From: a virus
DNA: 64,000 nucleotides
Virus record (IMG/VR): IMGVR_UViG_3300035698_010959
Reading direction: 5' to 3' (one strand)
Below the pieces are notes generated by a model that was not told where the DNA came from, made no database searches, and saw only the letters and a list, made by a program, of their open reading frames with translations. Positions 38,042-48,548 of the stretch are shown piece after piece (the stretch's first letter is position 1; each line of letters opens with the position of its first letter). A program made the translations under genes and the position numbers.

Positions 38042-39570
38042 TAAGATGGTTCTCCGAGTTTATTACTCAAATATTCTAAGTGATAGTTCTTTATCCATAC
38101 ATCAGCATCATAAGTGTCTTCATCTGCTGTAGCATCTCTATAAAATCTAAATAGTATCTTGTCATGTGGTTGCCAATTCGTAGTATCACAAACTCCATCT
38201 ATTGTAATATGCATCTCAAAGGCTGTTTCATCGTCTTCTATGGTTTCATCTATGTAACCAGTAGATGTGTCTGTAGCAAAAGTAAACACATCACCTTTAG
38301 TTATTCCTTTATATTCAAATCCCATACGGACATTGAGATCACCTGTTCCATCTGGAGGGCTTTCTACCACAAAAGCATAGTGTCCTCTTAGACTTCCTGT
38401 TCCTTCTGCGAAATCTAAAGGCACAACCCACGTGTAGTAAACACTTTCTTCTGTCCCGGCATCATATCTATGGAAACCAAAGTTATCTATATTATCATTA
38501 GCTGGATAGTTAGCAGCAGGTATTTTTACTGCTTGAACAGGAAGGTCATCTGATACCCATACTCTTGCGTTACCATTAAGGCTAACAACTCCAGATGAAT
38601 CTACAGATAGGAAGTGGGTTGTCCCTCCATCTCCTAATACAACACTACCAGTAGATACTGGAGTTATATTTATATCTCCAGTTCCAGTGTTGATGTTGGC
38701 ATCTGTTTTATCGTGATGTAATGACATCCACTGAGTATTATTAGTATCTGGACTTGTATCTGAGTGTATAAACAATGTTGGATCTGTTTGCAGTCCGTGA
38801 TCAAAATTGGACCACGTACCCGAACTGTTAGCGATTATTATATCGTTACCAACATCGTCATACAGTATGAACACAAGTTGATCCCAGCTTATAGTTCCAG
38901 CCAGTGTTAAAAGATTTGTACCACCACGCTTCATATAGATGCTTGGGTAACCAGCTCCATTAATTGTAGCTGTTGTAGCAGCGTCTAAGGTTATATTATC
39001 TGCTATTAGATTCATATCATCGCCAGCAGTTACAACATTAGCAACTATTTCAAGAGAGTTACCATCAAAAGTTAGTGAGGCATCACCAGCAGTACCTAAT
39101 TTTAAACTTTTACTATCTGCTGTAATTTCTATGTCTTCTGGTGTCGTTATTCCACCACTAGCAGTTACTTCATTAGCAGAAAGTAAAGTTGATGCATATA
39201 TATTAGGTGCATTTATGTTTCCACTGGCATCTATTACATTAGCAGATAGTAGAACTGGAATATTTATAGTTGGGGCAGATAGTATACCGCTTGCTGTTAG
39301 TGTATTAGCAAGTAATAAAACAGGTACACTTAGATTAGGAATTGTAGCGCTTGTAAAGAATGTATGTGTATGTCCTGGGTCCGTAGATACTTTTGTTAAA
39401 TAATCTAATGAAGAGGTTACTACAGATCCTGTTACTCCAACTTTTCCTTCTATAGCTTCTATTGCATCATTGGAATCTGAGTGTTGAGTTGCGTGTGGAA
39501 CAACTGATTGCTTATCTGTTGCAACAGGATTGGTTAGTGTATCTAAATCTGTTGGAAAGTTTGTTGACAT
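38041..39570 (-). CDS. Fibre/spike-like virion protein
   Basis: N-terminal FPTDLD...H.D.NDAIEAIE.KVG; three 22-aa repeats (P....LL.AN...ASG) at residues 78-144. Confidence 0.6.
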   Translation of the reverse strand: MSTNFPTDLDTLTNPVATDKQSVVPHATQHSDSNDAIEAIEGKVGVTGSVVTSSLDYLTKVSTDPGHTHTFFTSATIPNLSVPVLLLANTLTASGILSAPTINIPVLLSANVIDASGNINAPNIYASTLLSANEVTASGGITTPEDIEITADSKSLKLGTAGDASLTFDGNSLEIVANVVTAGDDMNLIADNITLDAATTATINGAGYPSIYMKRGGTNLLTLAGTISWDQLVFILYDDVGNDIIIANSSGTWSNFDHGLQTDPTLFIHSDTSPDTNNTQWMSLHHDKTDANINTGTGDINITPVSTGSVVLGDGGTTHFLSVDSSGVVSLNGNARVWVSDDLPVQAVKIPAANYPANDNIDNFGFHRYDAGTEESVYYTWVVPLDFAEGTGSLRGHYAFVVESPPDGTGDLNVRMGFEYKGITKGDVFTFATDTSTGYIDETIEDDETAFEMHITIDGVCDTTNWQPHDKILFRFYRDATADEDTYDADVWIKNYHLEYLSNKLGEPS

Positions 39571-39582
39571 ACTGTTATTACT

Positions 39583-41100
39583 TTAGAATGTTTTCTTAAA
39601 CATACCAGGTACATTTAGTGACTGGTCATTGCGTCTTTCACTTGGATTCCATCTACTGGAGCGTACTCCCACTTTAGGAATAGTTTGTGCTCCAAACATG
39701 ACTTCTATTTCTTCTACTTCATCTTCTAAATCTTTTAATATTTTTCCAAGTTCTGTAAGTACAGTACTTCCTACGTCTACTGTGAAGTCTCCAAGTTGTT
39801 TTCGTCTATCTGCTTCTTCAAGAAGTTCATATCTTTTTAATCGAAGTAAAGCATGTGCGGAGTGTACTGTTACAAATTTAGCCATATCATATGTAGTATC
39901 ACGTAGATATGTTTTTAGCGCAGAAACAGATGGAGTAGATGAATTATATGCTGCCCATAGATATTTATTACACTCTATAGATGATAGAAATATCTGCCTA
40001 TTAATAAAGTCTATAGTGTAGTCTGATAGAAACTCCCCAAATTTTGCTCTTAGTGTAGCGTATCCTATGTAGTATGGGACATAGTTACTTGTAAAGTAGT
40101 AAGATAAACTTGCCGCTGTATTTCCAGAAATACTTTGTATGTTGGCTACTGTCATTGTATACTTAGTATTTGGAATCATAGAATCTGTTGGAGTAAAGAC
40201 TACAGAGGATCCAACTGTAGTTAGTGTGCCCGCTAGGGTTCCGGTGCTTCCACTTGGATCATCATCTACTGGAGCATATGTGATATCAAAATTTGTAGAG
40301 TTAACTGTACCAGATGCTACTGTATCTGAAAATGTTATAGAGATTGTTGGCCAAGATTGTTGATTACTTGATTCTGATGTTGGATATAAAGTTGTAGCAC
40401 CAAAATCGCTTGCCCGTGGATATTTTATCTTACTATCTATTGCTGCGCTTACAAATGTTCCATAGAAGAAGGATCTATAATCACTCCATGGTCCATCTGT
40501 TGTTCCTGATGTTGCTCTTACTTTCCAGTAGTATGTTTTTGTGTCTGTAAATAAACTTGTATCTGGAGTTAAATATACACTTGAGGTTGGGTCTGAGTAT
40601 ATTAATGCTTCTGTATTAAACTGTGGAGATGTAGCAATATATACATCATAATTTAGAGCACTAGCTACTGCCGACCATACAAGTGTTGGTATTGTTGTAT
40701 GTGAAGTATTTGTTGCTGGAGCAATTAGTGTTGTTTGTAGTAGTGAATCAGCATCTACTTGAAATACCCAAGTAACATCATTAGCCATTTGCCTACCGGC
40801 TTCTGATACGACATCATTAAGTACTGTTACTTGATAGTATTGTCCATTCGTTAAAGACGCTGAAGGAACTACAGTTAGCTTATCTATACTTGAATTATAA
40901 GAGGAGTATACTAGATCTACAGATTCCCCAGTATTTTGATTTACCAACAACATATATTGATTTATAGTACTAGAAAATTGTGTTTGCTCTACAGGCATAG
41001 AGAACTCTACTGTAATATTAGGTAGTGTTCCTACTCCTGTTGTAGCAGTTGTTGGAGAATATGCAATTACTGCTGGATAATATCGTGTAGTTAGATCCAT
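39583..41100 (-). CDS. Ig-like (Big_5/FN3) domain protein with a C-terminal head-tail connector-like region
   Basis: ITVEFS.PV...L..G.YY.VTV...W.F; YYWKVRA...GPWS; ISITFS; C-terminal RKQLGDFTV. Directly downstream of the capsid gene. Confidence 0.7.
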   Translation of the reverse strand: MDLTTRYYPAVIAYSPTTATTGVGTLPNITVEFSMPVEQTQFSSTINQYMLLVNQNTGESVDLVYSSYNSSIDKLTVVPSASLTNGQYYQVTVLNDVVSEAGRQMANDVTWVFQVDADSLLQTTLIAPATNTSHTTIPTLVWSAVASALNYDVYIATSPQFNTEALIYSDPTSSVYLTPDTSLFTDTKTYYWKVRATSGTTDGPWSDYRSFFYGTFVSAAIDSKIKYPRASDFGATTLYPTSESSNQQSWPTISITFSDTVASGTVNSTNFDITYAPVDDDPSGSTGTLAGTLTTVGSSVVFTPTDSMIPNTKYTMTVANIQSISGNTAASLSYYFTSNYVPYYIGYATLRAKFGEFLSDYTIDFINRQIFLSSIECNKYLWAAYNSSTPSVSALKTYLRDTTYDMAKFVTVHSAHALLRLKRYELLEEADRRKQLGDFTVDVGSTVLTELGKILKDLEDEVEEIEVMFGAQTIPKVGVRSSRWNPSERRNDQSLNVPGMFKKTF

Positions 41101-41137
41101 TACTGCCTTCTTATGTTAGATAGATAAGTATTAAGAT

Positions 41138-41170
41138 ACTGTGGAGTCATGGTTTATCTGACTCCACAGT
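41138..41170 (-). terminator. Hairpin downstream of the major capsid gene
   Basis: ACTGTGGAGTCA-9 nt-TGACTCCACAGT, a perfect 12-bp stem. Confidence 0.65.
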
Positions 41171-41186
41171 GTTCTTATAGTTGAGG

Positions 41187-42365
41187 TTACATACTCTTTG
41201 TTCTTACTGAGTAGAGTGGTTCATAGTTAGGTGTAATATGGATATTCTTTAGTGCAACTGCACTCTTTCCACCATTTAATAGACCTAATCCATAGCGTTC
41301 TTTGAATTTCATAGACAAGATATCTCGTCTTGGATCATCGAAGCTATCTATCATCATTGGATCACGTTCTAGAATCACTATACCGTTGTTTCTATCAACG
41401 ATATATATATCAGAAACGGGGCCTGTTCGGTTAGATCCAACGCTATCTAATGTTAGCGCAGTACTTGTAGAATATGGACAGAATGGAGTTATCATTACAT
41501 TAAGATTCCAAGGTAAGTTGGAAGCTATATTATCTTGACCCATTGTTCCATAAGTTGTTCCAATTGAACCATGTGTTAGTAACTGGAACTGGAGTCTTGG
41601 ATCCTTCATAAAGATAGTCCAAGCAAGTGGGTGCATTATAATATCAGTTGGAGCATATTCATGAGCAATCAAGCAACCTATTGAATCAATAAGGTCGTTG
41701 AAAGATAGAGATCCGTTGATATTACCAGAGGCATCTACACCTTTTGTCCATCCGTTTTCGTCTGTGGTATTAGAGTTATCTATTGCTACATATGCTTTTG
41801 ATTGGAACTCTCTGAAGATTTTTTCTTCTTTGTGTCGAAGCATAGCATATCCTGCTGCCTCTATGTAGAGTGCGAGTACATCCCACATAGAGTCTCGGAT
41901 AACATCTTCTGATACCGCTATTAAAAGACCTACTTTTCCGACCTTGATCTCAGTCATCGCTTCGCCGAACGGAGGCTGAACTTCAGGAAATTCTTGGCCT
42001 TCTGCTAGGTCTTTAGCACGAACAGCACCTATAGTAGGAAATTCTACTGATCGTGTATTATCTATAGTAATAGTCTTAGCTAGAACTGTTTGACCAAACA
42101 TTACGGGTTCTTTTGGTCGCATTAGAACGTCACTAATTACTTTTGGGAATAAGACTGAGGCATCTGGTGAGAACAAAGCTTCTTTTAGAGGGATGTGAAC
42201 CTCTGGTCGAGCTGAGCTATCAGTACTCATTAACTTATTCAATAAGGCACGTTGTGTTTCTATGTATTGAAGATCTATTCCACCTTCGATTCCTGGAATC
42301 TCAATCTTTGATGCTTTTGCAACATGCTCTTTAACTAAATCGCCAAATAGCTTTTTATTAGGCAT
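41187..42365 (-). CDS. Major capsid protein (HK97 fold)
   Basis: LAEGQEFPE...KVGLLIAVSEDVIRDS.WD...IIMHPLAW...KFKERYG; position after protease and scaffold. Confidence 0.88.
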   Translation of the reverse strand: MPNKKLFGDLVKEHVAKASKIEIPGIEGGIDLQYIETQRALLNKLMSTDSSARPEVHIPLKEALFSPDASVLFPKVISDVLMRPKEPVMFGQTVLAKTITIDNTRSVEFPTIGAVRAKDLAEGQEFPEVQPPFGEAMTEIKVGKVGLLIAVSEDVIRDSMWDVLALYIEAAGYAMLRHKEEKIFREFQSKAYVAIDNSNTTDENGWTKGVDASGNINGSLSFNDLIDSIGCLIAHEYAPTDIIMHPLAWTIFMKDPRLQFQLLTHGSIGTTYGTMGQDNIASNLPWNLNVMITPFCPYSTSTALTLDSVGSNRTGPVSDIYIVDRNNGIVILERDPMMIDSFDDPRRDILSMKFKERYGLGLLNGGKSAVALKNIHITPNYEPLYSVRTKSM

Positions 42366-42430
42366 TTTTGTGAAGTCTCCTTACGTTATGTATAATATTT
42401 ATACGTTTTTTTTAGTAATGAATTTAAAGT

Positions 42431-42469
42431 TGGGGTAGGATGATAGATAGTGCTTTACCTCCTACCCCA
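42431..42469. other. Intergenic hairpin upstream of the capsid gene (terminator or mRNA-stabilising/processing stem)
   Basis: TGGGGTAGGA-19 nt-TCCTACCCCA. Confidence 0.5.
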
Positions 42470-42475
42470 TACGAT

Positions 42476-43840
42476 TTATCTAATCATTACCCTTAATATA
42501 CCTAGAGATGCTGCTACATCATAGACTGCTGGAACACCAGCGTAGCCATATGTGTTTGCTCCATCTGTTAGATTCATTTGTCCTGTCGCGAAATCTCTTC
42601 CGTGGTTAGATGTATATGCGTCATCCTCTGAGTAGTACGTAACACGTATGTCAGTAGCTTGCTCTATTATAGTACTATCTTGTTCAGTTACTCCCCACAT
42701 TCTTAGAATACCAGTCAGTGGATCAATAGAGTAGTTTTTACCCATTGTCTGATCATTATTCCATGAAGATTTAGGAAGCTCATTCCAAGCAGCTGTACCA
42801 GTAGTCCATACGCCATCAGTATCTACATACCTTGCGTTTTGTATAACTTGTACAGATATAGTCTTATATCCTGCTAATGGGTAGTAAGGCAGTCTCCACT
42901 CAGATCCCGCTGTAAGCGTTGTCATAGAAGAGGAGTCTACACTTCTTGCTGTAGTATTCGCAGGTATTTGGATTCGTGGAAGATCCCAAGCACCATAGTT
43001 ATCTATTACCCATTTTAGCCAACCACGCATGTCAGAGGTGAGATGCTCTAGGGCTAGAATTTCTCCAGCAATCATTTCTGGTCCCTGTCCATACTCATAA
43101 AGAAGGACGTGAGCGCTTGTTCCAGGTGCTCCGCTAACTGCCCAGTTTGTGCCATCCCAATAAGGATCAACAAGAGCTGCATCAGTAATTGGAAGCCCAC
43201 TACCATCTAGTGCTAGTAATAGTGTTGGAGTAAAACATTTATATGTAGCACTGGAAAGAGTAGGAACAAGTTCAGGCGTTGCGGCTTGAGTAACGTAAGC
43301 TCTTCGTTCATTCCACTTAACTACTCTACCAATATATCGGTAATCTTCTGTTCCAGTTGAGTAACCAGCATATGGTGCAATTTTATCACCAGTAGTTAAA
43401 TCACCAAGAATAGCATTAGAGAAATCTCCAGATGCAAGTGCCTTGATATAAGGAAGTCGTATATATCTATTCTTAAATAGTGCTGGTTGCCACTGTGCTT
43501 TATTAGCATGTGCTTGCATATACATATTGTATCCAGCAAAACCTAGAGGAGCAATCTGAGTATTGTCAGACTGTACTTTTCCTGCTAAGGTTAGTGTTGT
43601 TGCGTAATCTTCAGCTCCAGTATTTCGTGTTGTTCCTGATCCAGATGTAATATCATATTGATGTACACCTACAAGTCTACCTTTTGGAATCACTACGTGA
43701 TCTGAAGGAAACTTTGGATCTTGTCCTACTGGAGTTAGTGTTGTATCTATTGTAAAAGTCTCAGCCGGTGCGTCAAGCCCAGATATCTCTAATTCTGTTG
43801 CCCAACGACTGTCGGTTGGAACATAGCCAAGATAAGCCAT
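42476..43840 (-). CDS. Putative head decoration/minor capsid protein
   Basis: Between scaffold and capsid genes; VVIPKGRLVG...PLGFA motif. Confidence 0.55.
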   Translation of the reverse strand: MAYLGYVPTDSRWATELEISGLDAPAETFTIDTTLTPVGQDPKFPSDHVVIPKGRLVGVHQYDITSGSGTTRNTGAEDYATTLTLAGKVQSDNTQIAPLGFAGYNMYMQAHANKAQWQPALFKNRYIRLPYIKALASGDFSNAILGDLTTGDKIAPYAGYSTGTEDYRYIGRVVKWNERRAYVTQAATPELVPTLSSATYKCFTPTLLLALDGSGLPITDAALVDPYWDGTNWAVSGAPGTSAHVLLYEYGQGPEMIAGEILALEHLTSDMRGWLKWVIDNYGAWDLPRIQIPANTTARSVDSSSMTTLTAGSEWRLPYYPLAGYKTISVQVIQNARYVDTDGVWTTGTAAWNELPKSSWNNDQTMGKNYSIDPLTGILRMWGVTEQDSTIIEQATDIRVTYYSEDDAYTSNHGRDFATGQMNLTDGANTYGYAGVPAVYDVAASLGILRVMIR

Positions 43841-43873
43841 TATTTGTTAATTCTCCTTAACGTTTTTAAAACT

Positions 43874-45208
43874 TTAGTCTACGCTAGTAATTTTTGCTAT
43901 GCGTGCTTGAAGTTCTTTCTGATTTTCGTTAGTAACATTGAAGACCAGGAATGTGTCTTCATTTTCGTCTGTGAGGTTGCTAATCGTAGTTTGCTGGACG
44001 TTTGTTGTAACAGGTGTTCCATCTTCATTTAGTTCTGGTACAATTGGAATAACACCATCATCGTTTCCAACTGTAGGATCAGTTACGTCCTCAACAGTAA
44101 TTACCTGCTCTTCAGTGTTAGTATCTGACTTAAGCAAGTCACCTATAAGGTCATTTAGAGATTCTTCTGTGCGTGCCGCAAACGCTTCACAAAGTTCATC
44201 AAAAGATTTACCTTTTGCAGCTGGATAGCTAGATTTTTGAGCTAGGTGTGATGCTTCTCTTGCAAGCATAGTGTGAGATTCAGCACTAAGCTTGGAAACT
44301 ATAGTTTCTAAAGAAGCTATTTTAGCCTTTAGTTCTTCTTCTGGTTTAGAGTTTTCTTTTAACTGCTCTAATTCAGTTTGAAGTTCTTCAACTTTACCTA
44401 CTAGTACTTCTGGATCCTCTTTGGATTCTTTGTTCCAAGGTGTTTCCTTATCTAACTTTTTGTAGTACTTAGTTATGTGTGATCGTATTCCGCTTTTATC
44501 TTCATCAGATATTTTGGCTTTGTTAATCGCACTAGCTGCTGCGTATATACCTTTTGGCACAGCCGTTAATCGCCCATCTATAATTGTAGCGATTGGGAAT
44601 TTATGAGCGCTTGCTTTGTCTGAGTCTTCAGAGTCATACCAAAGAAAGCCTTTTCTATATTTTTTCCAATCTACTTCTTCTTCTGAGTTACTAGCCCAGG
44701 ATTTAAGCGCTTGCTTCGAAGCACTTCCATCCCAATCTGTATCCTCTTCTGTAAAAGGCAGATTTTGGAAAGGAACTACAGATTCATCATAAATTTGTAG
44801 TCTTTCTAGTTCTTCTACTAACCCACCTACAATAGCTTCATTAGCTTCCTCTTGTTTAGAAGGTATAGTATTGTTATCTGTAGTTGTACATTCTGTTAGT
44901 ACATTATAGAGTAGTGGGTAGGTATCCTTGTCTACTTCTATGTCATATGCTTCTAAGGATTCAGAGGGCTTTACTCCCTGAAATATAGTATTCTGATCTT
45001 CTTCAGTGAGCAGCTCTTTTGTATTGGCTAGAACTACACCCAGAATACCGGTAATCTGCTCTGGAGTATGACTGCCCTTCTTTATTTCCTTTACAGCTTC
45101 TATAATAGACTCTCTATTTTCAGCATCTATTTTATTACAAAATATGTGCATTTTATAGTCGTTATCTACTAAGCGTGCCGCATAGAAGGTTCTAGTAGTT
45201 TTACTCAT
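43874..45208 (-). CDS. Putative scaffold protein with an embedded globular domain
   Basis: Acidic and coiled-coil; between protease and capsid genes; internal WDGS.S...YRKGFLWYD...KFPIA.IIDG.L.AVP.GI.AAA domain. Confidence 0.6.
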   Translation of the reverse strand: MSKTTRTFYAARLVDNDYKMHIFCNKIDAENRESIIEAVKEIKKGSHTPEQITGILGVVLANTKELLTEEDQNTIFQGVKPSESLEAYDIEVDKDTYPLLYNVLTECTTTDNNTIPSKQEEANEAIVGGLVEELERLQIYDESVVPFQNLPFTEEDTDWDGSASKQALKSWASNSEEEVDWKKYRKGFLWYDSEDSDKASAHKFPIATIIDGRLTAVPKGIYAAASAINKAKISDEDKSGIRSHITKYYKKLDKETPWNKESKEDPEVLVGKVEELQTELEQLKENSKPEEELKAKIASLETIVSKLSAESHTMLAREASHLAQKSSYPAAKGKSFDELCEAFAARTEESLNDLIGDLLKSDTNTEEQVITVEDVTDPTVGNDDGVIPIVPELNEDGTPVTTNVQQTTISNLTDENEDTFLVFNVTNENQKELQARIAKITSVD

Positions 45209-45226
45209 ACTAAAGGTCCTTTCGCG

Positions 45227-46084
45227 TTATGCCGCTATTTTCGAGCGTTGTTTAGTATCTATAAAGATTTGTTTAAACCCATTGCTGGGAATATCTTTTT
45301 CTTTGTAGATTGCTCGGAACTCTTTAGCAGATTCTAATATCTTGCTGTAATTTTGTTTAGAAATTCCGAGTGTATGTTCTCTTGATACATTGGTACCAGT
45401 TGCCAAATCAAATAAAGAGTCAGCTCCTGAGTTGGTTAATAATAATCTTGCTTCTCCAGCATCTATAGATGTATTTGTAACACAAGCATTAACATCACTT
45501 GGTACATTTACAAAACTAAGTTCACGTCCTTTAATTGGTCCCATAATCCAGTAGCATACCATGTCATTGTATACTTCTCCTTTATTATGTTCGCATAGTC
45601 CTTCTTCTGCTAGATTAGTATTACATATGCTACAACGTACTTCTTCTACGTCTGCTCCTATACTTACCGTCAAGAATCTACCAGTAAGTACTGATTCAAT
45701 AGCATAGGGATCTGTAATGGCTGCTATTGTTTTTAACCATCCACCATCAGATCTTGGATCATTTTGAAAACTTGCATTATAAATTCGTCCATAAGGAAGC
45801 ATTGCTGGTATGGAACCATATACATCTGGTGAAGATATGTGATCTCTTAATAGTGGTACCGGATATGGATATATAAATGATATTGCTCCGGTACCATTAT
45901 TTGGTACGCCAATAAGACTTTCTGATGGGTAATAGGTTTTATTACGTGTAAGCCAGTTAGCAGTTATTGCTCGTATTTCTGTAAAGAGTACTTCTGGTAA
46001 GCCTTCTTCTATTACAGACTCTATTGCTTGTGTTAGCTTAACACTAGGTAATGTGTATTGAACGTGTTCTACTATCCGTTTCAT
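45227..46084 (-). CDS. Prohead (capsid maturation) protease, HK97-type, with a Zn-binding insertion
   Basis: PLLRDH, TVSIG, CSIC...CEH, ELSFVNVPSD. Confidence 0.85.
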   Translation of the reverse strand: MKRIVEHVQYTLPSVKLTQAIESVIEEGLPEVLFTEIRAITANWLTRNKTYYPSESLIGVPNNGTGAISFIYPYPVPLLRDHISSPDVYGSIPAMLPYGRIYNASFQNDPRSDGGWLKTIAAITDPYAIESVLTGRFLTVSIGADVEEVRCSICNTNLAEEGLCEHNKGEVYNDMVCYWIMGPIKGRELSFVNVPSDVNACVTNTSIDAGEARLLLTNSGADSLFDLATGTNVSREHTLGISKQNYSKILESAKEFRAIYKEKDIPSNGFKQIFIDTKQRSKIAA

Positions 46085-46100
46085 ATGTTTATTATAGCCT

Positions 46101-46355
46101 TTAATGTACTGCTACTTTTGTAATAACTAGAACACCTAGCGATAGGGTTGCTGTACCAAGTGATCCAAGTATCCAATACCATAATGTATTTACTCGTGTT
46201 TCTAGTTTATCCTGAGAAATTTTTAAATTGTTTACTTCTATTTTGTCTGCTTTTTCAATTTGGGTTACTAACAACAGGTCTACCTTAGTATCAACACGTA
46301 TTAGTAAGTCATGGTCATTAGGATATACTTTGCTGTTGTCGTCTTTATCTACCAT
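46101..46355 (-). CDS. Small coiled-coil protein with a C-terminal TM helix (holin/XhlA-like)
   Basis: DHDLLIRVDTKV...LETRV..LWYWILGSLGTATLSLGVLVI. Confidence 0.55.
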   Translation of the reverse strand: MVDKDDNSKVYPNDHDLLIRVDTKVDLLLVTQIEKADKIEVNNLKISQDKLETRVNTLWYWILGSLGTATLSLGVLVITKVAVH

Positions 46356-46370
46356 TATAGAGTATGTTCC

Positions 46371-48107
46371 TTACAAGATATTGTGCTTAAGTCCCGCAAA
46401 CACTCCATGTATCTTTGATAGTTCTTGAACTATAGGCATGTCAGTAGTAGTATCTAAATCATTTACTATAGTTAACGTTGCGCGTTTAAATGTATCTATT
46501 ATATCTTTGGATGTTATATAAGAGGCATTTAAAGCACTACTACATAAATCATGTATATATTGTGGCTGCGGTTTACATTGAATTAAGTTTTGTTCCCTTA
46601 CGTAATTAGCAATACAAGAAGCTAAATTATTATAAGCTGTCAGTATTCTTGAATTATGTTGATTCTTTGGAGCAGTTTTGTTTTTTAATGTAGGTTTTGC
46701 TGGCATAGCTGCTGTTGGTCCTTTTTGTCCACTATCATTATCATCTGAGCTTCCTTGTTGTGCGGATTTAGTTGTTGCCAGTGGTATCTGTATTCTATTT
46801 ATATAAAGGTCTTGAGCTTCTTCATCTGTTAGTTTATTTTTTCCAAGAATCTCTCTAAGTTCACTAAGTGTTATTGCATTTCCTGCATATTGTAGAAGAG
46901 CATGTTCTTCTAACTTAACAAATCTGTCTCTGTCTACATCGCTAAATGATAAGCAAACATTACTATCTGGATCTGTAAGTGGATCAAATCCTCCTTCTAA
47001 TAATAGTTCTCTTATTATAAAGAAGTTTATATAGAACTCTAATTCTCTTTGATACAGTCGTATCTGATCAAACATTACTCCAGAGAATGAGTCACTTGTT
47101 CCTACAGAAGTCTTAGCGGATTCTCCCATCACAACATCAGATAATCCAAGTCCAGCAAATACGCGGGTCTTAAGGGCTTTTAAATATCCTTCTGCCCGCA
47201 GTGCCTTGCTTTCTACTCCAAGTATAGTTAGTTTATGTCCTGGAGGTGTTACTATATAACCATTCACAGCAGAGATATCATGTGCTTGGGCAGCTGCTGT
47301 AACGTCTTCTTGTCTGCCTGTTCCGGTGTTAGTTGTGTCTGGAACCTCATGATGTATAAGTGGGTGTAAAGATTTGAAGATAAGTTGTACTATCATTTCT
47401 TCACAGTGTCTTAATGCCCTTACATCGTCTAGCACAGGAAGCATTTTTGATACGCCCCATATACGTCCAGATTGTCTATTATGTTTTATATGTATTACGT
47501 CTTCTGCTTTAAAAATCTTTGATTGTTTAGTTGATACTTTTTGTTCCCAACCTGTTACTCTTCCATTATCATCTACTTGTGGACTCATAGTTAGTGGACT
47601 TGCAACAAAATATCCACCTATTGGTTTCTTTCCATGAAGGCTTTTTAGTTTCATTCCTGGAACAGGACTAGTGCTAATCCATCTACTTTTTATAAGAAAT
47701 GCATTTCCAAATTTAATATAATCATGTATAAATTCCCAGAAGTGTAGTTGCCAAACATCGCCCATGGCAACTGTCATTATTTCGAAACGTTGTTCTATGT
47801 ATGCTTTTGCTTTTTTATTTTTTGATTCGAACCTATAGCCTTCTTTTAGAATCTTATTAAAGAACTCATTAACACCTCTGTGTATATAGCTGTCTGCCAT
47901 GTAGCCATTATATAGTGCCTGTAAATCGTATTCTACTTTTGGCACAGACATTGCATTTGCGCGGGATCCAGATCCTATAGCAAAAGGTACAGTTGGATCA
48001 TCAGATCGTGGTAGAGAGGAAGCTTTACGTATACCTTTATTGTTTCTATCTACATAGGCAAAGCCAGTTCTCGGTAATTCAATTTTTTCTCTGTGTAGTA
48101 TTGCCAT
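46371..48107 (-). CDS. Portal protein
   Basis: DYIKFGNAF...F.AEDVIHIK...WGVS.M.PVLDD...VFAGLG...ITLSELREILG. Confidence 0.88.
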   Translation of the reverse strand: MAILHREKIELPRTGFAYVDRNNKGIRKASSLPRSDDPTVPFAIGSGSRANAMSVPKVEYDLQALYNGYMADSYIHRGVNEFFNKILKEGYRFESKNKKAKAYIEQRFEIMTVAMGDVWQLHFWEFIHDYIKFGNAFLIKSRWISTSPVPGMKLKSLHGKKPIGGYFVASPLTMSPQVDDNGRVTGWEQKVSTKQSKIFKAEDVIHIKHNRQSGRIWGVSKMLPVLDDVRALRHCEEMIVQLIFKSLHPLIHHEVPDTTNTGTGRQEDVTAAAQAHDISAVNGYIVTPPGHKLTILGVESKALRAEGYLKALKTRVFAGLGLSDVVMGESAKTSVGTSDSFSGVMFDQIRLYQRELEFYINFFIIRELLLEGGFDPLTDPDSNVCLSFSDVDRDRFVKLEEHALLQYAGNAITLSELREILGKNKLTDEEAQDLYINRIQIPLATTKSAQQGSSDDNDSGQKGPTAAMPAKPTLKNKTAPKNQHNSRILTAYNNLASCIANYVREQNLIQCKPQPQYIHDLCSSALNASYITSKDIIDTFKRATLTIVNDLDTTTDMPIVQELSKIHGVFAGLKHNIL

Positions 48108-48113
48108 AAATTG

Positions 48114-48548
48114 TTATTTCTGCTCTATCAATTTGCCTATTCTAATAGAAAGTGAATAGACATCTATAGGATCTTCTGAGGTAATTAGTAGTAAAGGAAA
48201 TCTTGATAACTCACATGCATATATTGCTTGTGATGTGGTTTTCATATAGGCTTCCCATGTATCTCTTTGTATGTTTGTATATGCATATGTTCCATAATAT
48301 TTCTCTGTTACTATGATTGCAATAGGTACTTCATGAAATACTAAATCTAAATCTATTGGATAGTTAAGTCCATTCCAGTTATATGTTCCATGTTTAATGT
48401 AAGGATAGCCTTGTAAAGGAGCACCAGAGGATGTTAGTGTAGTTGTTACGCTTGTAAGTCTATCTTGTTTCCATGCTTTATGTTGTCTTTGTTTAAGAAG
48501 ATAGTAAGGTTTAAGAGCTATCCTCAATAACAGGTTTACTACTTTCAT
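48114..48548 (-). CDS. Hypothetical protein
   Basis: 144-aa ORF in operon. Confidence 0.55.
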   Translation of the reverse strand: MKVVNLLLRIALKPYYLLKQRQHKAWKQDRLTSVTTTLTSSGAPLQGYPYIKHGTYNWNGLNYPIDLDLVFHEVPIAIIVTEKYYGTYAYTNIQRDTWEAYMKTTSQAIYACELSRFPLLLITSEDPIDVYSLSIRIGKLIEQK

